From NCBI GenBank assembly GCA_001871765.1, contig MNVN01000010.1, positions 74 through 64,073 on the forward strand: a DNA stretch of 64,000 bases, written 5' to 3'. A program made the position numbers and the translations under genes. How positions within the stretch are numbered: position 1 is the stretch's first letter; every line of letters starts with the position of its first letter. Below, in pieces: positions 1 through 9,546 of this stretch. The DNA comes from Candidatus Nomurabacteria bacterium CG1_02_43_90 (lineage in GTDB: Bacteria > Patescibacteriota > Minisyncoccia > Phycocordibacterales > UBA1550). Below the pieces are notes generated by a model. That model had not been told where the DNA came from and did no database searches. It saw nothing but the letters and a program-made list of their open reading frames with translations.

Positions 1-1
1 T

Positions 2-1588
2 ATGGCTATTGTAGGAGGTACACAGTATGTAGCATCAGGAGTTTCTCCTGATGCTAAGAATGGTGCAAAGGAACGCATTCAGAATGCTCTTACGGGACTT
101 GCACTCATTCTTACTTCATACCTTATTCTCAACTCTATCAATCCTCAGTTGGTGCAGTTTAACTTTATGTTACCGCCGGTGGGGGTGGTTGGCCCTACGA
201 CCTCCGGTAGCGTGGCAGGAACAAACAATGTTGTTCCTGGTGGAGCAACTTCATCTGCGGGGAATGGAAACATTCTTTCTTCTCTCTATAAAAATTCAAA
301 CACCGCGGTTTTGCCTTCTACTGCAAGAACACAAAATCCCGTGATTAACTCGCTCACTTCTTCTGGGGGTGCAGGGGGTACAAGCGCGGGGGTGGGTACA
401 AACACCGTTGCACCTAGGAATGTTTCCGGTCTTACTACGAATACAGAAATGGTAGCTCAGCCTCAGGTACAAGCACAAGCCGCGATCAATGCGCGCATTG
501 ATCGGACAAATGATTATTCTATTATTTCACATTGTGTAGGGAACACTACGTATGACTTATGTCCAAAAACAGATTTGAATGGTGATGGAAAAACAGACGT
601 TGCCGACCTCACTATTTTTATGACGAAAGGGAATACTCTTGATGTAAACCAAAACAAAACAATAGAGATTGCCGACGCTGTTCCCTTTTCTGCAAAATCT
701 TGTTTTTTCAAGAAGACGACGACCGCAAATATTCAAAACATGCTTCCTCAGAAAAAGATGGTGGGCAAGAGACTAACCACCGTTTGTCAGGGGTCAACTG
801 TTGGGTTAGGAGTTCTTGGCACAACCTTGGCCCCCACTGTTCTCTGTAACGGATCTACGTGGTTGAAGTTCGTGACCGTTGGCGGAAGTTGTGCTGCGGA
901 TAATGGACTCCTCTCCCTCCCTTTTGGATTTGTTTATATGGCGAATGGTACTTCCCCGGGAGCAGGAGGGAGCGATGGTCAGTATAGTAATTTTAAAATA
1001 TGGATACAGGGCGCCATTTCGGGAAGCGGGGTAAATCTCACCACCCTTTTTGTAGAAACATTTTTAAGCAACCCTCGATCAGTTTGTTATGGTAAGTATT
1101 GTGCTTCATATAATCCCTATCTCGAAAGTACCCTTGGTAAAATAGCCTATGCCACAATCGCGCAGTATGATTTAAATAATGATGGGACGGCAGACTTTAG
1201 CCTTGGTGGTGCAGACATTGCCGTTTTTAATGGCTGTAGAGGGACTTCTCTTTCGGGTGTGTGTGTACAAGCAGACTTCAATAATGATAGTGTAGTAGAT
1301 GACCGTGATTTTGGATTTGTGACCTTTATGCAAAGGGATATTCTTGGGAATTCGGGCTTCATTCCCCTCGGATGGAAGCTTGAATGGCTTGAATCTATGA
1401 TGTTTGACCCCACGGGATATAGCGACAAACAAATTATTAACTATTGTATGGGGCATACGGCTTTTGAAAAGTGTGGTTTTGCAGATATAAATGGTGACAA
1501 TATCGTGAACGCAACTGACCTCACTGAGTTTAACACCAGCGCCCGCCTCCTTGATTTTAATAGTGACGGAAAGGTTGACTTACCGTAA
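2..1588 (+). CDS. Secreted/surface protein (5' end outside window) with five dockerin-type Ca-binding repeats and Cys-rich modules. One N-terminal hydrophobic helix, then a Gly/Thr/Ser/Asn-rich linker.
   Basis: Repeats DLNGDGKTDVADLTIF, DLNNDGTADFSLGGADIAVF, DFNNDSVVDDRDFGFV, DINGDNIVNATDLTEF and DFNSDGKVDLP fit the dockerin consensus D-x-N-x-D-G-x-x-x-x-x-D-L. The ORF runs to the window start. Confidence 0.6.
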   Translation: MAIVGGTQYVASGVSPDAKNGAKERIQNALTGLALILTSYLILNSINPQLVQFNFMLPPVGVVGPTTSGSVAGTNNVVPGGATSSAGNGNILSSLYKNSNTAVLPSTARTQNPVINSLTSSGGAGGTSAGVGTNTVAPRNVSGLTTNTEMVAQPQVQAQAAINARIDRTNDYSIISHCVGNTTYDLCPKTDLNGDGKTDVADLTIFMTKGNTLDVNQNKTIEIADAVPFSAKSCFFKKTTTANIQNMLPQKKMVGKRLTTVCQGSTVGLGVLGTTLAPTVLCNGSTWLKFVTVGGSCAADNGLLSLPFGFVYMANGTSPGAGGSDGQYSNFKIWIQGAISGSGVNLTTLFVETFLSNPRSVCYGKYCASYNPYLESTLGKIAYATIAQYDLNNDGTADFSLGGADIAVFNGCRGTSLSGVCVQADFNNDSVVDDRDFGFVTFMQRDILGNSGFIPLGWKLEWLESMMFDPTGYSDKQIINYCMGHTAFEKCGFADINGDNIVNATDLTEFNTSARLLDFNSDGKVDLP

Positions 1589-1592
1589 AAAG

Positions 1593-1643
1593 AGGTCCTC
1601 CGTGCGAAAATTTTTAGCATAAAAATTTTCGCACGGAGGACCT
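1593..1643 (+). terminator. Perfect 24-bp-stem hairpin (loop GCA) right after the dockerin gene; likely an intrinsic terminator.
   Basis: aggtcctccgtgcgaaaattttta-gca-taaaaattttcgcacggaggacct, with no mismatches. Confidence 0.55.
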
Positions 1644-1664
1644 AAAGCATGCTATACTTTTCTC

Positions 1665-2615
1665 ATGAAATCAAAAATATTTTTTTGGACTGTTTTAATG
1701 GTAGTGCCGATTTCTCTTATTGCATCATCCGAAAGTTTCCCTCGAAATTTATCACTTGGAATGCGCGGAGGTGATGTTCTTGCCTTGCAGCAATTTTTAA
1801 ATACTGATACTGATACGCGAGTATCAGAAACGGGAGCAGGTTCTCGGGGGAACGAAACTGATTATTTTGGTCCCGCTACAAAACGCGCCATCATTAAATT
1901 CCAAGACAAATATCGTGCGGAAGTTTTAACTCCTGTCGGACTTGTTTCGGGGAATGGTTTTTTCGGGGCAAAGACACGCGCACAAGTAGTGGCACTTCGT
2001 GATAAAGTTTCTTCCCCTACCATTACCACTTCGAGTACAGTGTCGTCAATAGATACGCAAGGTGAAGTTATTGTAATGTTCCCTTCTCAGTATTCAGGTA
2101 TCGTGGGGACAATGGTAACAATTTCTGGCGCAGGATTCACCGCTAAAGACAACACCATCTATTTTGGCGAACACTACGCGGTCGAAAAAGCCTCCTCATG
2201 GAATGGACAGTCTCTTGCCTTCAACATCCCCTCAATACCAAAAGGAAACTATCCTTTGTATGTTAAAAATTCGCGCGGGGAGAGTAACAAAGATTCCTTT
2301 TTTGTCGTTACGGACGGTGTGACACCTGAGCCAAAGATTGAGAGCATAAGTCCTTCTCAGACGGTACGGGGAGCGCTCATGAGTGTTACCGGTTCAGGGT
2401 TTACTACCACGGGAAATATGATTCGTACGGGAGTAGCTATTGTTGAAAATATGCCATCAGTAAATGGAACAGCTCTATCTTTCGTTGTCCCTGAATCTAT
2501 GACAGCAACGAGTACGGTGCCTGACTCTTCTAAAAAAGCATCCTTCCCTATTTGGGTGTATGTGGTCAATGAGAACGGGGTAAGTAATGGAAAAAGTTTT
2601 GATCTAGGGCTCTAA
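1665..2615 (+). CDS. Secreted protein with a peptidoglycan-binding domain followed by two IPT/TIG-like beta-sandwich repeats.
   Basis: N-terminal signal/TM segment. LALQQFLN...FGPATKRAIIKFQ resembles PG_binding_1. Two repeats of the form ...ISGAGFT...NTIYFG.../...VTGSGFTTTGNMIRTG... Confidence 0.55.
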   Translation: MKSKIFFWTVLMVVPISLIASSESFPRNLSLGMRGGDVLALQQFLNTDTDTRVSETGAGSRGNETDYFGPATKRAIIKFQDKYRAEVLTPVGLVSGNGFFGAKTRAQVVALRDKVSSPTITTSSTVSSIDTQGEVIVMFPSQYSGIVGTMVTISGAGFTAKDNTIYFGEHYAVEKASSWNGQSLAFNIPSIPKGNYPLYVKNSRGESNKDSFFVVTDGVTPEPKIESISPSQTVRGALMSVTGSGFTTTGNMIRTGVAIVENMPSVNGTALSFVVPESMTATSTVPDSSKKASFPIWVYVVNENGVSNGKSFDLGL

Positions 2616-2655
2616 GGTATTGCACAGGAGTCATTAATGTGAAACAATAAAGTAT

Positions 2656-3054
2656 ATGAAGTTTCTCAATTTTATAAAAAAGCATGCTATTATCACGAGT
2701 TCCCTTTTTGTTCTCTTGTTCATCATCACCTCTTTTGGGTTAAAAATTAAATCAACCAATGCAATCATGCCCTTTGGGGGAAAAATTCAGAAGGTGACCT
2801 ACTGCACCTGTAGTTTGAATCTTGCAATTTTGGTTGGGCCCCCAGGACCAGGGGTCTTTACCTATGAACCTGGAGCATCTTCTATTAAGGCTTTTTATCA
2901 AATCTTCCGCCCAGGCCCTTGGGTACTCGGTTCGTACACTCCAGGAGGTGTCTGTACTTCATGGTATATCTGCGGGACGTCTCCTTGTTGCCTGCCGGAC
3001 ATGACTACTCCCCCACCCATCGGGACTATCTCAGATGCAGGGACTTCAATGTAA
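2656..3054 (+). CDS. Small hypothetical exported Cys/Pro/Gly-rich protein.
   Basis: N-terminal TM helix, 9 Cys, PPGPG motifs. The 3' end overlaps convergent ksgA by 29 nt. No family recognised. Confidence 0.35.
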   Translation: MKFLNFIKKHAIITSSLFVLLFIITSFGLKIKSTNAIMPFGGKIQKVTYCTCSLNLAILVGPPGPGVFTYEPGASSIKAFYQIFRPGPWVLGSYTPGGVCTSWYICGTSPCCLPDMTTPPPIGTISDAGTSM

Positions 3055-3850
3055 GAGCAATCCATTGCTCGAGCGATACATTTTCTGCGCGGGCGTTTTC
3101 GAGAATTCCTACTTCTTTTAATATTTGTATTGTTTTGCTTTCAAAAATTTCTTTTAAATTTCCCGTCAGCATTTTACGTTTGTGAGCGAATCCTGTGTGG
3201 AGTATTTCAAAAAAATGTTTTTCTGTTGCAGGATTTGGAAAATTTGTATTTGAGATATTTTCAATCGCAAGAATTGCAGAATCTACTTTGGGTGCCGGGG
3301 TAAAATAGCGCGCAGGAACTTTTTTAATAAGTTTTGGGGTGCCGTATGCTTTTACCGCAATAGAAAGAATGCTTTCTTTTCTTTCGCCTGCCCGGGCGAC
3401 ACGTGTCGACGGGCGTGCCACAATACGTGTTGCAACCTCTTTTTGTACCATGAGGATCATTTTTTGAGGCTTTTCTCCTGCTTCCAGAAACATCCGGATG
3501 ATTTGACCGGTGAGATAGTACGGGATATTTGCTACGAGCTTGTAGGAAGGAGGAAGTCCGAGAGTATTTTTCTCTAGATTTTCTAAAATGTCCCCATGGA
3601 TAAGGATAAATCTCTTATTCGCGATTTCTTCAGCAAATTTTTCTGCAAGGATTGGAATCATACGATCGTCTTTTTCAACGGCAATAACGTGAACACCTGA
3701 AGCAAGAAGTTCTTTAGTAAGGAATCCTTTCCCTGGTCCTATTTCAAGAACGGTATCCGTAGGCAAAAGCTCCCCTGCACGCACAATATCCCGCGCAACA
3801 CTCTTTGAATTCAAAAAATTCTGCCCTAATGATTTTTTTGCATGCACCAT
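3026..3850 (-). CDS. rsmA: 16S rRNA (adenine1518/1519-N6)-dimethyltransferase.
   Basis: KSLGQNFL, VLEIGPGKGFLT and LVANIPYY are KsgA/RsmA family motifs. Confidence 0.9.
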   Translation of the reverse strand: MVHAKKSLGQNFLNSKSVARDIVRAGELLPTDTVLEIGPGKGFLTKELLASGVHVIAVEKDDRMIPILAEKFAEEIANKRFILIHGDILENLEKNTLGLPPSYKLVANIPYYLTGQIIRMFLEAGEKPQKMILMVQKEVATRIVARPSTRVARAGERKESILSIAVKAYGTPKLIKKVPARYFTPAPKVDSAILAIENISNTNFPNPATEKHFFEILHTGFAHKRKMLTGNLKEIFESKTIQILKEVGILENARAENVSLEQWIALTLKSLHLR

Positions 3851-3880
3851 ATCTTTTAGTATATGCTACTTTGTTCCTCG

Positions 3881-5824
3881 CTACCACGAAATACTGAGTA
3901 CGGGCTCATCGTTGGTATTTCCGCTCTCGCGCTCCAGATATATGTCGTCGATATCGGTAAGGAATTCCGAAGGCGCGTTTACTTGGCGCTGTCCATAAAT
4001 GGTTCGTACTGAAGCATAAGAGAGAAATAGTTTTTTCTTGGCGCGCGTAATAGCCACATAGAAGAGTCGACGCTCTTCCTCGCTGTCTTCTTTTGAAACA
4101 GCACCTGCGCTCATACGTCGGTGAGGAAACAGGTCTTGTTCAAGCCCAGTCACAAAAACATAAGGGAATTCAAGTCCCTTTGCTGCGTGGACAGTCATCA
4201 TCTTTACCGCTTTTTCATTTTTTATTAAGGAATCCTGGTCACTTGCGAGCGTCGCGTCTTCCAAGAGTTTTTCAACTGCTTCTTCAGGGGGAAGGATATC
4301 GTACTTTGTCGCAAGGGTTACCATTTCATGGATATTCTCGAGGCGGTCATTGTCTTCATCTGTCCCCGTCTTGAGTGAATTTTCAATTCCGGTGGCCTCA
4401 GAAACAAACTTAATAAGTTTTGAGGTTTTTTCAACGAGTGCGTACTCACGAATTTTTGCAAGAAGGTCCCAGAATTCTTGCGCACGCTTTTGTGCCGCGG
4501 GAGTCAGGGATACCTCATCTTTTGCAAACATTTTTGCGAGCGTTGCCTTGCCAATACCTCGGGGAGGTGCGTCGATGATGCGTTTGACATCAGAAAGACT
4601 CTCAGGGTTGAGTGCGGCACGAATAAACGACAAAATATCCTTGACTTCTTTTCGTTCAAAAAAGCGTACCCCTAAGACCTGATACGGAACTTCCATAAGG
4701 AGGAATGCTTCTTCAAGGGCACGTGACTGAAAGTTTGCGCGATAGAGCACTGCAATACTTTCGGGGTCGGTACCACTTTCGATGAGTCCTTTGATCCGTT
4801 CCCCTATGGCGCGCGCTTCCCCACCTTCGTCGTAGTTTTCAATAAGAGAAATTTTATCTCCTTCAATATTTTTTGTGTAGAGGTTTTTTTCTTTACGAAC
4901 GGTATTTTTTTTGATTACCGCATTTGCTACCGCAAGGATAGTTTGTGTTGAGCGGTAGTTTTCCTCGAGGAGAATCGTACGCGCACCGGCGTAGTCTTTT
5001 TCAAAATTTAAAATATTCTGTACATTTGCCCCACGCCAGCTGTAAATATTTTGGTCGCCATCGCCAACCGCACAAATATTCATATTCTCCCCCGCAAGGA
5101 GGCGCGCAAGCTCGTATTGTACTCCGTTGGTATCTTGATACTCGTCGATGTGTATGTAGTGCCAGCGCCCTTGGTAGGCACGACGTATTTCCGGGTTGGT
5201 GCGGAGGAGAATAACTGTTTTTAAAATGAGGTCATCAAAATCAAGCGCTTTTTCTCGGGCAAGAAATCGTTCATAGCGCTCCCATACGGAAGAGACAATC
5301 ATGGGGAAATATGCGTTACCAACGTCACGACGGTACTCTTCAAGGGTTACCATGCTTCCTTTTTGACGGGAAATAACGCTCGCAATACGCTCGGGAGAAA
5401 ATTGTTTTGAATCAAGACCTTGTTCTTTTACGGCCTCTTTCATGAGTGCGCTGGCCGAATTTTTATCAAGAATTGCAAAATGTTTTGTGAGTCCAAATAC
5501 GTGTGCATGTGTGCGTAAAATATATACACCAAGTGAGTGGAACGTGCCGATAAAGGGGCGCGCATCTCCGTAGCGCATACCCACCGAGAACCCATGTTTT
5601 TCAAGGAGTGCATCAACACGCTCAAGCATTTCTTTTGCAGCTTTGTTCGTAAAGGTGATCGCGAGGATTTCATTGGGAGGTACGCCTTCTTTTACGAGGT
5701 TGAGGATACGATGCGTCAGAGTGCTTGTTTTTCCTGTTCCTGCACCTGCGATAATGAGAAGAGGTCCTTCTTTGTGAAGTGCAGCTTCCCTCTGCATATC
5801 ATTTAAATGTTTGAGATGTTCCAT
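3881..5824 (-). CDS. uvrD: UvrD/PcrA-type ATP-dependent DNA helicase.
   Basis: Walker A AGAGTGKTSTLTHR, ITFTNKAAKEM and the downstream helicase motifs. 647 aa. Confidence 0.9.
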   Translation of the reverse strand: MEHLKHLNDMQREAALHKEGPLLIIAGAGTGKTSTLTHRILNLVKEGVPPNEILAITFTNKAAKEMLERVDALLEKHGFSVGMRYGDARPFIGTFHSLGVYILRTHAHVFGLTKHFAILDKNSASALMKEAVKEQGLDSKQFSPERIASVISRQKGSMVTLEEYRRDVGNAYFPMIVSSVWERYERFLAREKALDFDDLILKTVILLRTNPEIRRAYQGRWHYIHIDEYQDTNGVQYELARLLAGENMNICAVGDGDQNIYSWRGANVQNILNFEKDYAGARTILLEENYRSTQTILAVANAVIKKNTVRKEKNLYTKNIEGDKISLIENYDEGGEARAIGERIKGLIESGTDPESIAVLYRANFQSRALEEAFLLMEVPYQVLGVRFFERKEVKDILSFIRAALNPESLSDVKRIIDAPPRGIGKATLAKMFAKDEVSLTPAAQKRAQEFWDLLAKIREYALVEKTSKLIKFVSEATGIENSLKTGTDEDNDRLENIHEMVTLATKYDILPPEEAVEKLLEDATLASDQDSLIKNEKAVKMMTVHAAKGLEFPYVFVTGLEQDLFPHRRMSAGAVSKEDSEEERRLFYVAITRAKKKLFLSYASVRTIYGQRQVNAPSEFLTDIDDIYLERESGNTNDEPVLSISW

Positions 5825-5861
5825 TGCTTCATTACTGTATCACACAATGATGGAAACAAGG

Positions 5862-5898
5862 AAAAAGACGGTTTGCGCTCTGCGTAAACCGTCTTTTT
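5862..5898 (-). terminator. Hairpin with flanking A/T runs downstream of the 5917-6210 gene.
   Basis: aaaaagacggttt...aaaccgtcttttt. Confidence 0.4.
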
Positions 5899-5916
5899 CT
5901 TAACCTTCACTTGTTT

Positions 5917-6210
5917 TTACTCTTGTTCCTTAAAATCTTGAAGTGTTTTCTTTACTTCTTCTGCCATAAGAGCCGGCAGATCGGGAACATGTTGTGCTAA
6001 AAACTTTTGCACAAGTTCATAGTCACCCTCAGCACTCACCTCTTCAAACTCAGCGCGCGCCTCTTCGGGGAGTTTTTCAAAAATGGTCACGGTAAGCGAC
6101 TTCAAAATAATCTCACCAAGCTTGCCGATGATTTCATTCTGTGCATCCTCGGGAAGACCCGCGATGCCAATTTCTTTGATAATAAGTTCACGAATTTCTT
6201 GGTTGTCCAT
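5917..6210 (-). CDS. Small acidic hypothetical protein (97 aa), co-oriented 3 nt downstream of the 989-aa gene.
   Basis: ORF with no recognised motif. Tight spacing to the upstream gene suggests one operon. Confidence 0.5.
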   Translation of the reverse strand: MDNQEIRELIIKEIGIAGLPEDAQNEIIGKLGEIILKSLTVTIFEKLPEEARAEFEEVSAEGDYELVQKFLAQHVPDLPALMAEEVKKTLQDFKEQE

Positions 6211-6212
6211 AA

Positions 6213-9182
6213 TTATTTTGTCTTACTATTAATTGCCATTGCCGTCGCACGCTTGAAGTAATTTTCTAGAGTCTCTCCTTCGAGAGGCTGAACTCTTGAG
6301 TTTATAAAAGTTTCATCAATATATTTACGTATCGCGATAACAGCATCTTTGTTCTCTGTCCCAATACTTCCTGCGACCTTCTGCATCTTCTCTGGTTCCA
6401 TTTGTACAATCTCCGTCACTGTTTTGTTTGCAAAACCATGAGCCGCATCTTTCCAGTTTGGTGTACTCATACCATCTACGGCACCAAAACCAAAGAATCC
6501 GTTTGTTCCAAAGAGATTATTGATATGGCCATGTACCTGCTGGCTAGCTTGTTCAAGGATTTGACTGTTTGGAACAACAACTCTTTCAAATGGTACAGAA
6601 ATAGTGTTCACACTATTTATTGCGGTACCACCCAATTTATCAACCTGGTGGATAAATTCATTATCAAAACTTACTTCACCAAGTTTATTTGTCTCGCTGA
6701 GCATTTGTATAAACTCTTGATGGGTTAACCCTAGCTGGTTTTCTAGTGCAAGAATTCTTGCAGGATTTTGTTCTTGTATTGCGTCCCCCATCTCTCTTCC
6801 TATTCTGAGTCCCTCGGCATTTTCTGTTCCCCCTGAAGAGATACGCTGAGCAACTTCCTTTATATGATCACTCGGCCCAGATACAACCTCATGAGTTGGT
6901 GTTGCAGTTTCTGTGTGAGCTACACTGGGTACTGTGCTGTGTTGTGTCACTTCTGCTAAGGGGGCACTTTTGGGTGCTGAGTAATTCTCTATCCCCGTTA
7001 TTTCCCCAGGAGTTAGGTGGTGCGCTTTATCAATCGTTTCACCCATGAATTGCTGGTTCGAAAAAATATCTTTGAAATCAAGATGGTCTCCTACCGCGAG
7101 AACATCTGCATTACCACTGGTAATTCCAAAATGCTGTGGATTTTCTGCAATCTTATCCTTGATAGCATCAATGAGGTGTACGCGCTGTCCTTCGGGTAAT
7201 TCGTTAAAATCGTGAAGGTTTTGTTGTAATTGATGTTCAGCAATTTTCCACATAGAATCTCCTCCTCGGACATCAGTAAGATAAGAATGATTTATTACAT
7301 CAAGATTTTCTTTTCCGAGAGCAATTTCTTTATTCAAATCTGTTTGAAGAGAGGAAGCCTCTCCTGTTGATAATATCCCCGCCTGACCTTTTGGTATCGA
7401 TACCTCATGCACAGGGAAAAATTCATGAAATACATTTTGTAGTGCATGACCCATTACACCCCCACCGACAAGAACACCAAGAATGAGTGCTTCTGCGGTG
7501 TGGCGATTTCTCTCGCCTTCTTCCCGTATCCTTCCGTTTCTTTCGGCACTTACCGTCAAGAGTCCTTCAGCAGTAGCTGCCATTGCGAATCCTCCCAAAA
7601 TCCTTTGTATTGCAGATCCTGTAAAAGCAGCCGTAGCGATTGCGGATCCCGCTGCCCCCCCTATGACCGCTAAAGATGAAGCCGTTAAAAAGAGTACTCC
7701 GGAAATAAGCAGTTTGTGCTTGAGTGGCCATTTTTGATAAGCTCTCCCTATTGCAAAAATAGTTTCTGTCGCGCCAACTTTTTCGGCGCGCACCTCAACC
7801 CTTTTTCCCATCTGTGCAAGGCTCTCACGCATTTGTTCGCGGGTCTTATCTGCACGTTCGCTAAGTCCAAGCACTGCTTCTTCTTTGAGTGATATATTTT
7901 CCTCAAGTACAGTAGTTGTATTTTCTTGAGTAATAAGAATATCTTTGAGTTCATCATCACCTTCTTTTCTGGGTAACTCCTCAGTGTTATTTATTTCCTT
8001 AAGTTTCCAATCTTTGTTTCTTTGTACGTCGTTTTCTTTATTGAGGCGCTCCATGGCAATATCATAAGGAGACTGAAGTGGGTTAACCTTTTTTATTTCT
8101 TGCCGTCTTTTTTGGATTGAAGCATACTCCTTTTCAAGCTCTGCCCGCTCTTCTTTTGACGCAGTATCATCTTTTCCTTCAAGCTCTGCTTGGCGTGCGA
8201 CAACTTCTTGTGCACGTTCTTCTACTCGGTTAGGTTGTTCCACTTTTATTTTTTCCGCCCCCTCACTTATATTCTTGTGTAATTCTGCCAGCTCCTTTTC
8301 TAGGCGTTCCTTTTCTCTCACCGAGTCCTCGTCAGCTTTTCCCTCAAGCTCTAGTATACGTGCTTGTATCGCTTCCCCTAATTCCTCACCACTAATAAGA
8401 TGCCCCACCTCTACTTTGTGATCTTTTTCCTCTGGTAATGGTTGTTCTATGTTCATATTATTTTGTGCTTTGCTGTTTGGTTGTTCGTTGAGTGTGTCCA
8501 TTTCTTTTTGCATCTCTTCATTCTCTTTTGTGTGTCCAAAAATTCCGGGTGATACTCTCTCTGGTTCTTCTAAGAGTGTTTCTTCTTGCTTCTTTTTCTC
8601 CCATTCATCGAGAATTCTTTGTATGTGCCGGTTGTCTTCAAGAGGGTCTGTGTTGGGTATCGCACTGTTTATTTCACCAAGTTTTCTTTGAGCATCAACA
8701 ATGGAACCCCTAATGTGTTCCCGGGTTGTCTCAGAAAAGTCTCCTTGCTCAACCTGCCTTTGTTGGGCCCGCAAGTCTGCAAGAAGAAGAAGAAGCTCCC
8801 CTTTCTTATTCTTTATTGCATCGAGGTTTTGTTTTGCGGGTGATACTGATTCCCGTGCCCTCTTTACTGCTTCGTTAATTGCCGTAGGGTTCCCCGGCGT
8901 TCCTTTCCGTATGCCGTCTATATTTTTAATAGTTTGAGCTACTACTTCACCATAAGTAGCTGCTCTTTTTTGAAAATTCGCGGATTTTTTATTGCCCCCC
9001 TGCTTTTTTACAGGAGTTCCTACTGTGCTGTTAATGAGGCGGATATCCTGTCCTTTTGCCTTCAATTGTTCACCTAGTGTTCCCAGTTTTTCTTCTGGCT
9101 TACAAACTTTTATGTCAGGATGAGATTGTTTTGTGAACTCCATAATGATAGTATTTATTATCGCATGTCCTTGGCGTTTCAT
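6213..9182 (-). CDS. Large (989 aa) coiled-coil membrane protein of unknown function. It has a long E/K/R/Q-rich N-terminal coiled-coil region, two central hydrophobic helices and a ~400-aa C-terminal domain.
   Basis: Heptad-like charged repeats (ELEGK..., EKERLEKELAELHK...) and TM segments LLISGVLFLTASSLAVIGGAAG / ALILGVLVGGGVMG. No catalytic motif recognised. Confidence 0.6.
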   Translation of the reverse strand: MKRQGHAIINTIIMEFTKQSHPDIKVCKPEEKLGTLGEQLKAKGQDIRLINSTVGTPVKKQGGNKKSANFQKRAATYGEVVAQTIKNIDGIRKGTPGNPTAINEAVKRARESVSPAKQNLDAIKNKKGELLLLLADLRAQQRQVEQGDFSETTREHIRGSIVDAQRKLGEINSAIPNTDPLEDNRHIQRILDEWEKKKQEETLLEEPERVSPGIFGHTKENEEMQKEMDTLNEQPNSKAQNNMNIEQPLPEEKDHKVEVGHLISGEELGEAIQARILELEGKADEDSVREKERLEKELAELHKNISEGAEKIKVEQPNRVEERAQEVVARQAELEGKDDTASKEERAELEKEYASIQKRRQEIKKVNPLQSPYDIAMERLNKENDVQRNKDWKLKEINNTEELPRKEGDDELKDILITQENTTTVLEENISLKEEAVLGLSERADKTREQMRESLAQMGKRVEVRAEKVGATETIFAIGRAYQKWPLKHKLLISGVLFLTASSLAVIGGAAGSAIATAAFTGSAIQRILGGFAMAATAEGLLTVSAERNGRIREEGERNRHTAEALILGVLVGGGVMGHALQNVFHEFFPVHEVSIPKGQAGILSTGEASSLQTDLNKEIALGKENLDVINHSYLTDVRGGDSMWKIAEHQLQQNLHDFNELPEGQRVHLIDAIKDKIAENPQHFGITSGNADVLAVGDHLDFKDIFSNQQFMGETIDKAHHLTPGEITGIENYSAPKSAPLAEVTQHSTVPSVAHTETATPTHEVVSGPSDHIKEVAQRISSGGTENAEGLRIGREMGDAIQEQNPARILALENQLGLTHQEFIQMLSETNKLGEVSFDNEFIHQVDKLGGTAINSVNTISVPFERVVVPNSQILEQASQQVHGHINNLFGTNGFFGFGAVDGMSTPNWKDAAHGFANKTVTEIVQMEPEKMQKVAGSIGTENKDAVIAIRKYIDETFINSRVQPLEGETLENYFKRATAMAINSKTK

Positions 9183-9319
9183 GCAACCTTTTCTTTCAGA
9201 GAATTATTTTTTATACATATAAATTATACAAACTTTCTGTCATAAAGTCAACTTTTTACTCTTTTACGTTATCCACAGTTTTTTTACTGAAACATCCCTA
9301 TTTGGGTCATTCTGTGCTA

Positions 9320-9440
9320 CCCTTTAGGTAGTTATGGGGATTGGCCCCAAACTTGCCGAATAGACGATATTTTTCCACCCTCCCCTCTTTTGTTTCTTAC
9401 GAAGGAGGGAATCCCGCCTGACTGATCGACCTCTAAAAAT
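9320..9440 (+). promoter_or_regulatory. Candidate structured 5' leader, possibly a ydaO-type c-di-AMP riboswitch, upstream of the LysM-M23 peptidase gene.
   Basis: GGGGAuuGGCCCCA and GGAGGGAAUCCCGCC segments resemble ydaO conserved blocks from memory. The downstream gene class (cell-wall hydrolase) is a typical ydaO target. Not verified. Confidence 0.2.
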
Positions 9441-9546
9441 TAGACTTATTTCTACCCAATCACAGGACCCCGCACAACAGCATGTAGATGCAGTTCGGGC
9501 GAAATACCGTTATTTTTCAAGGCTCGCAAGCATTGGGTTTCTTTTT

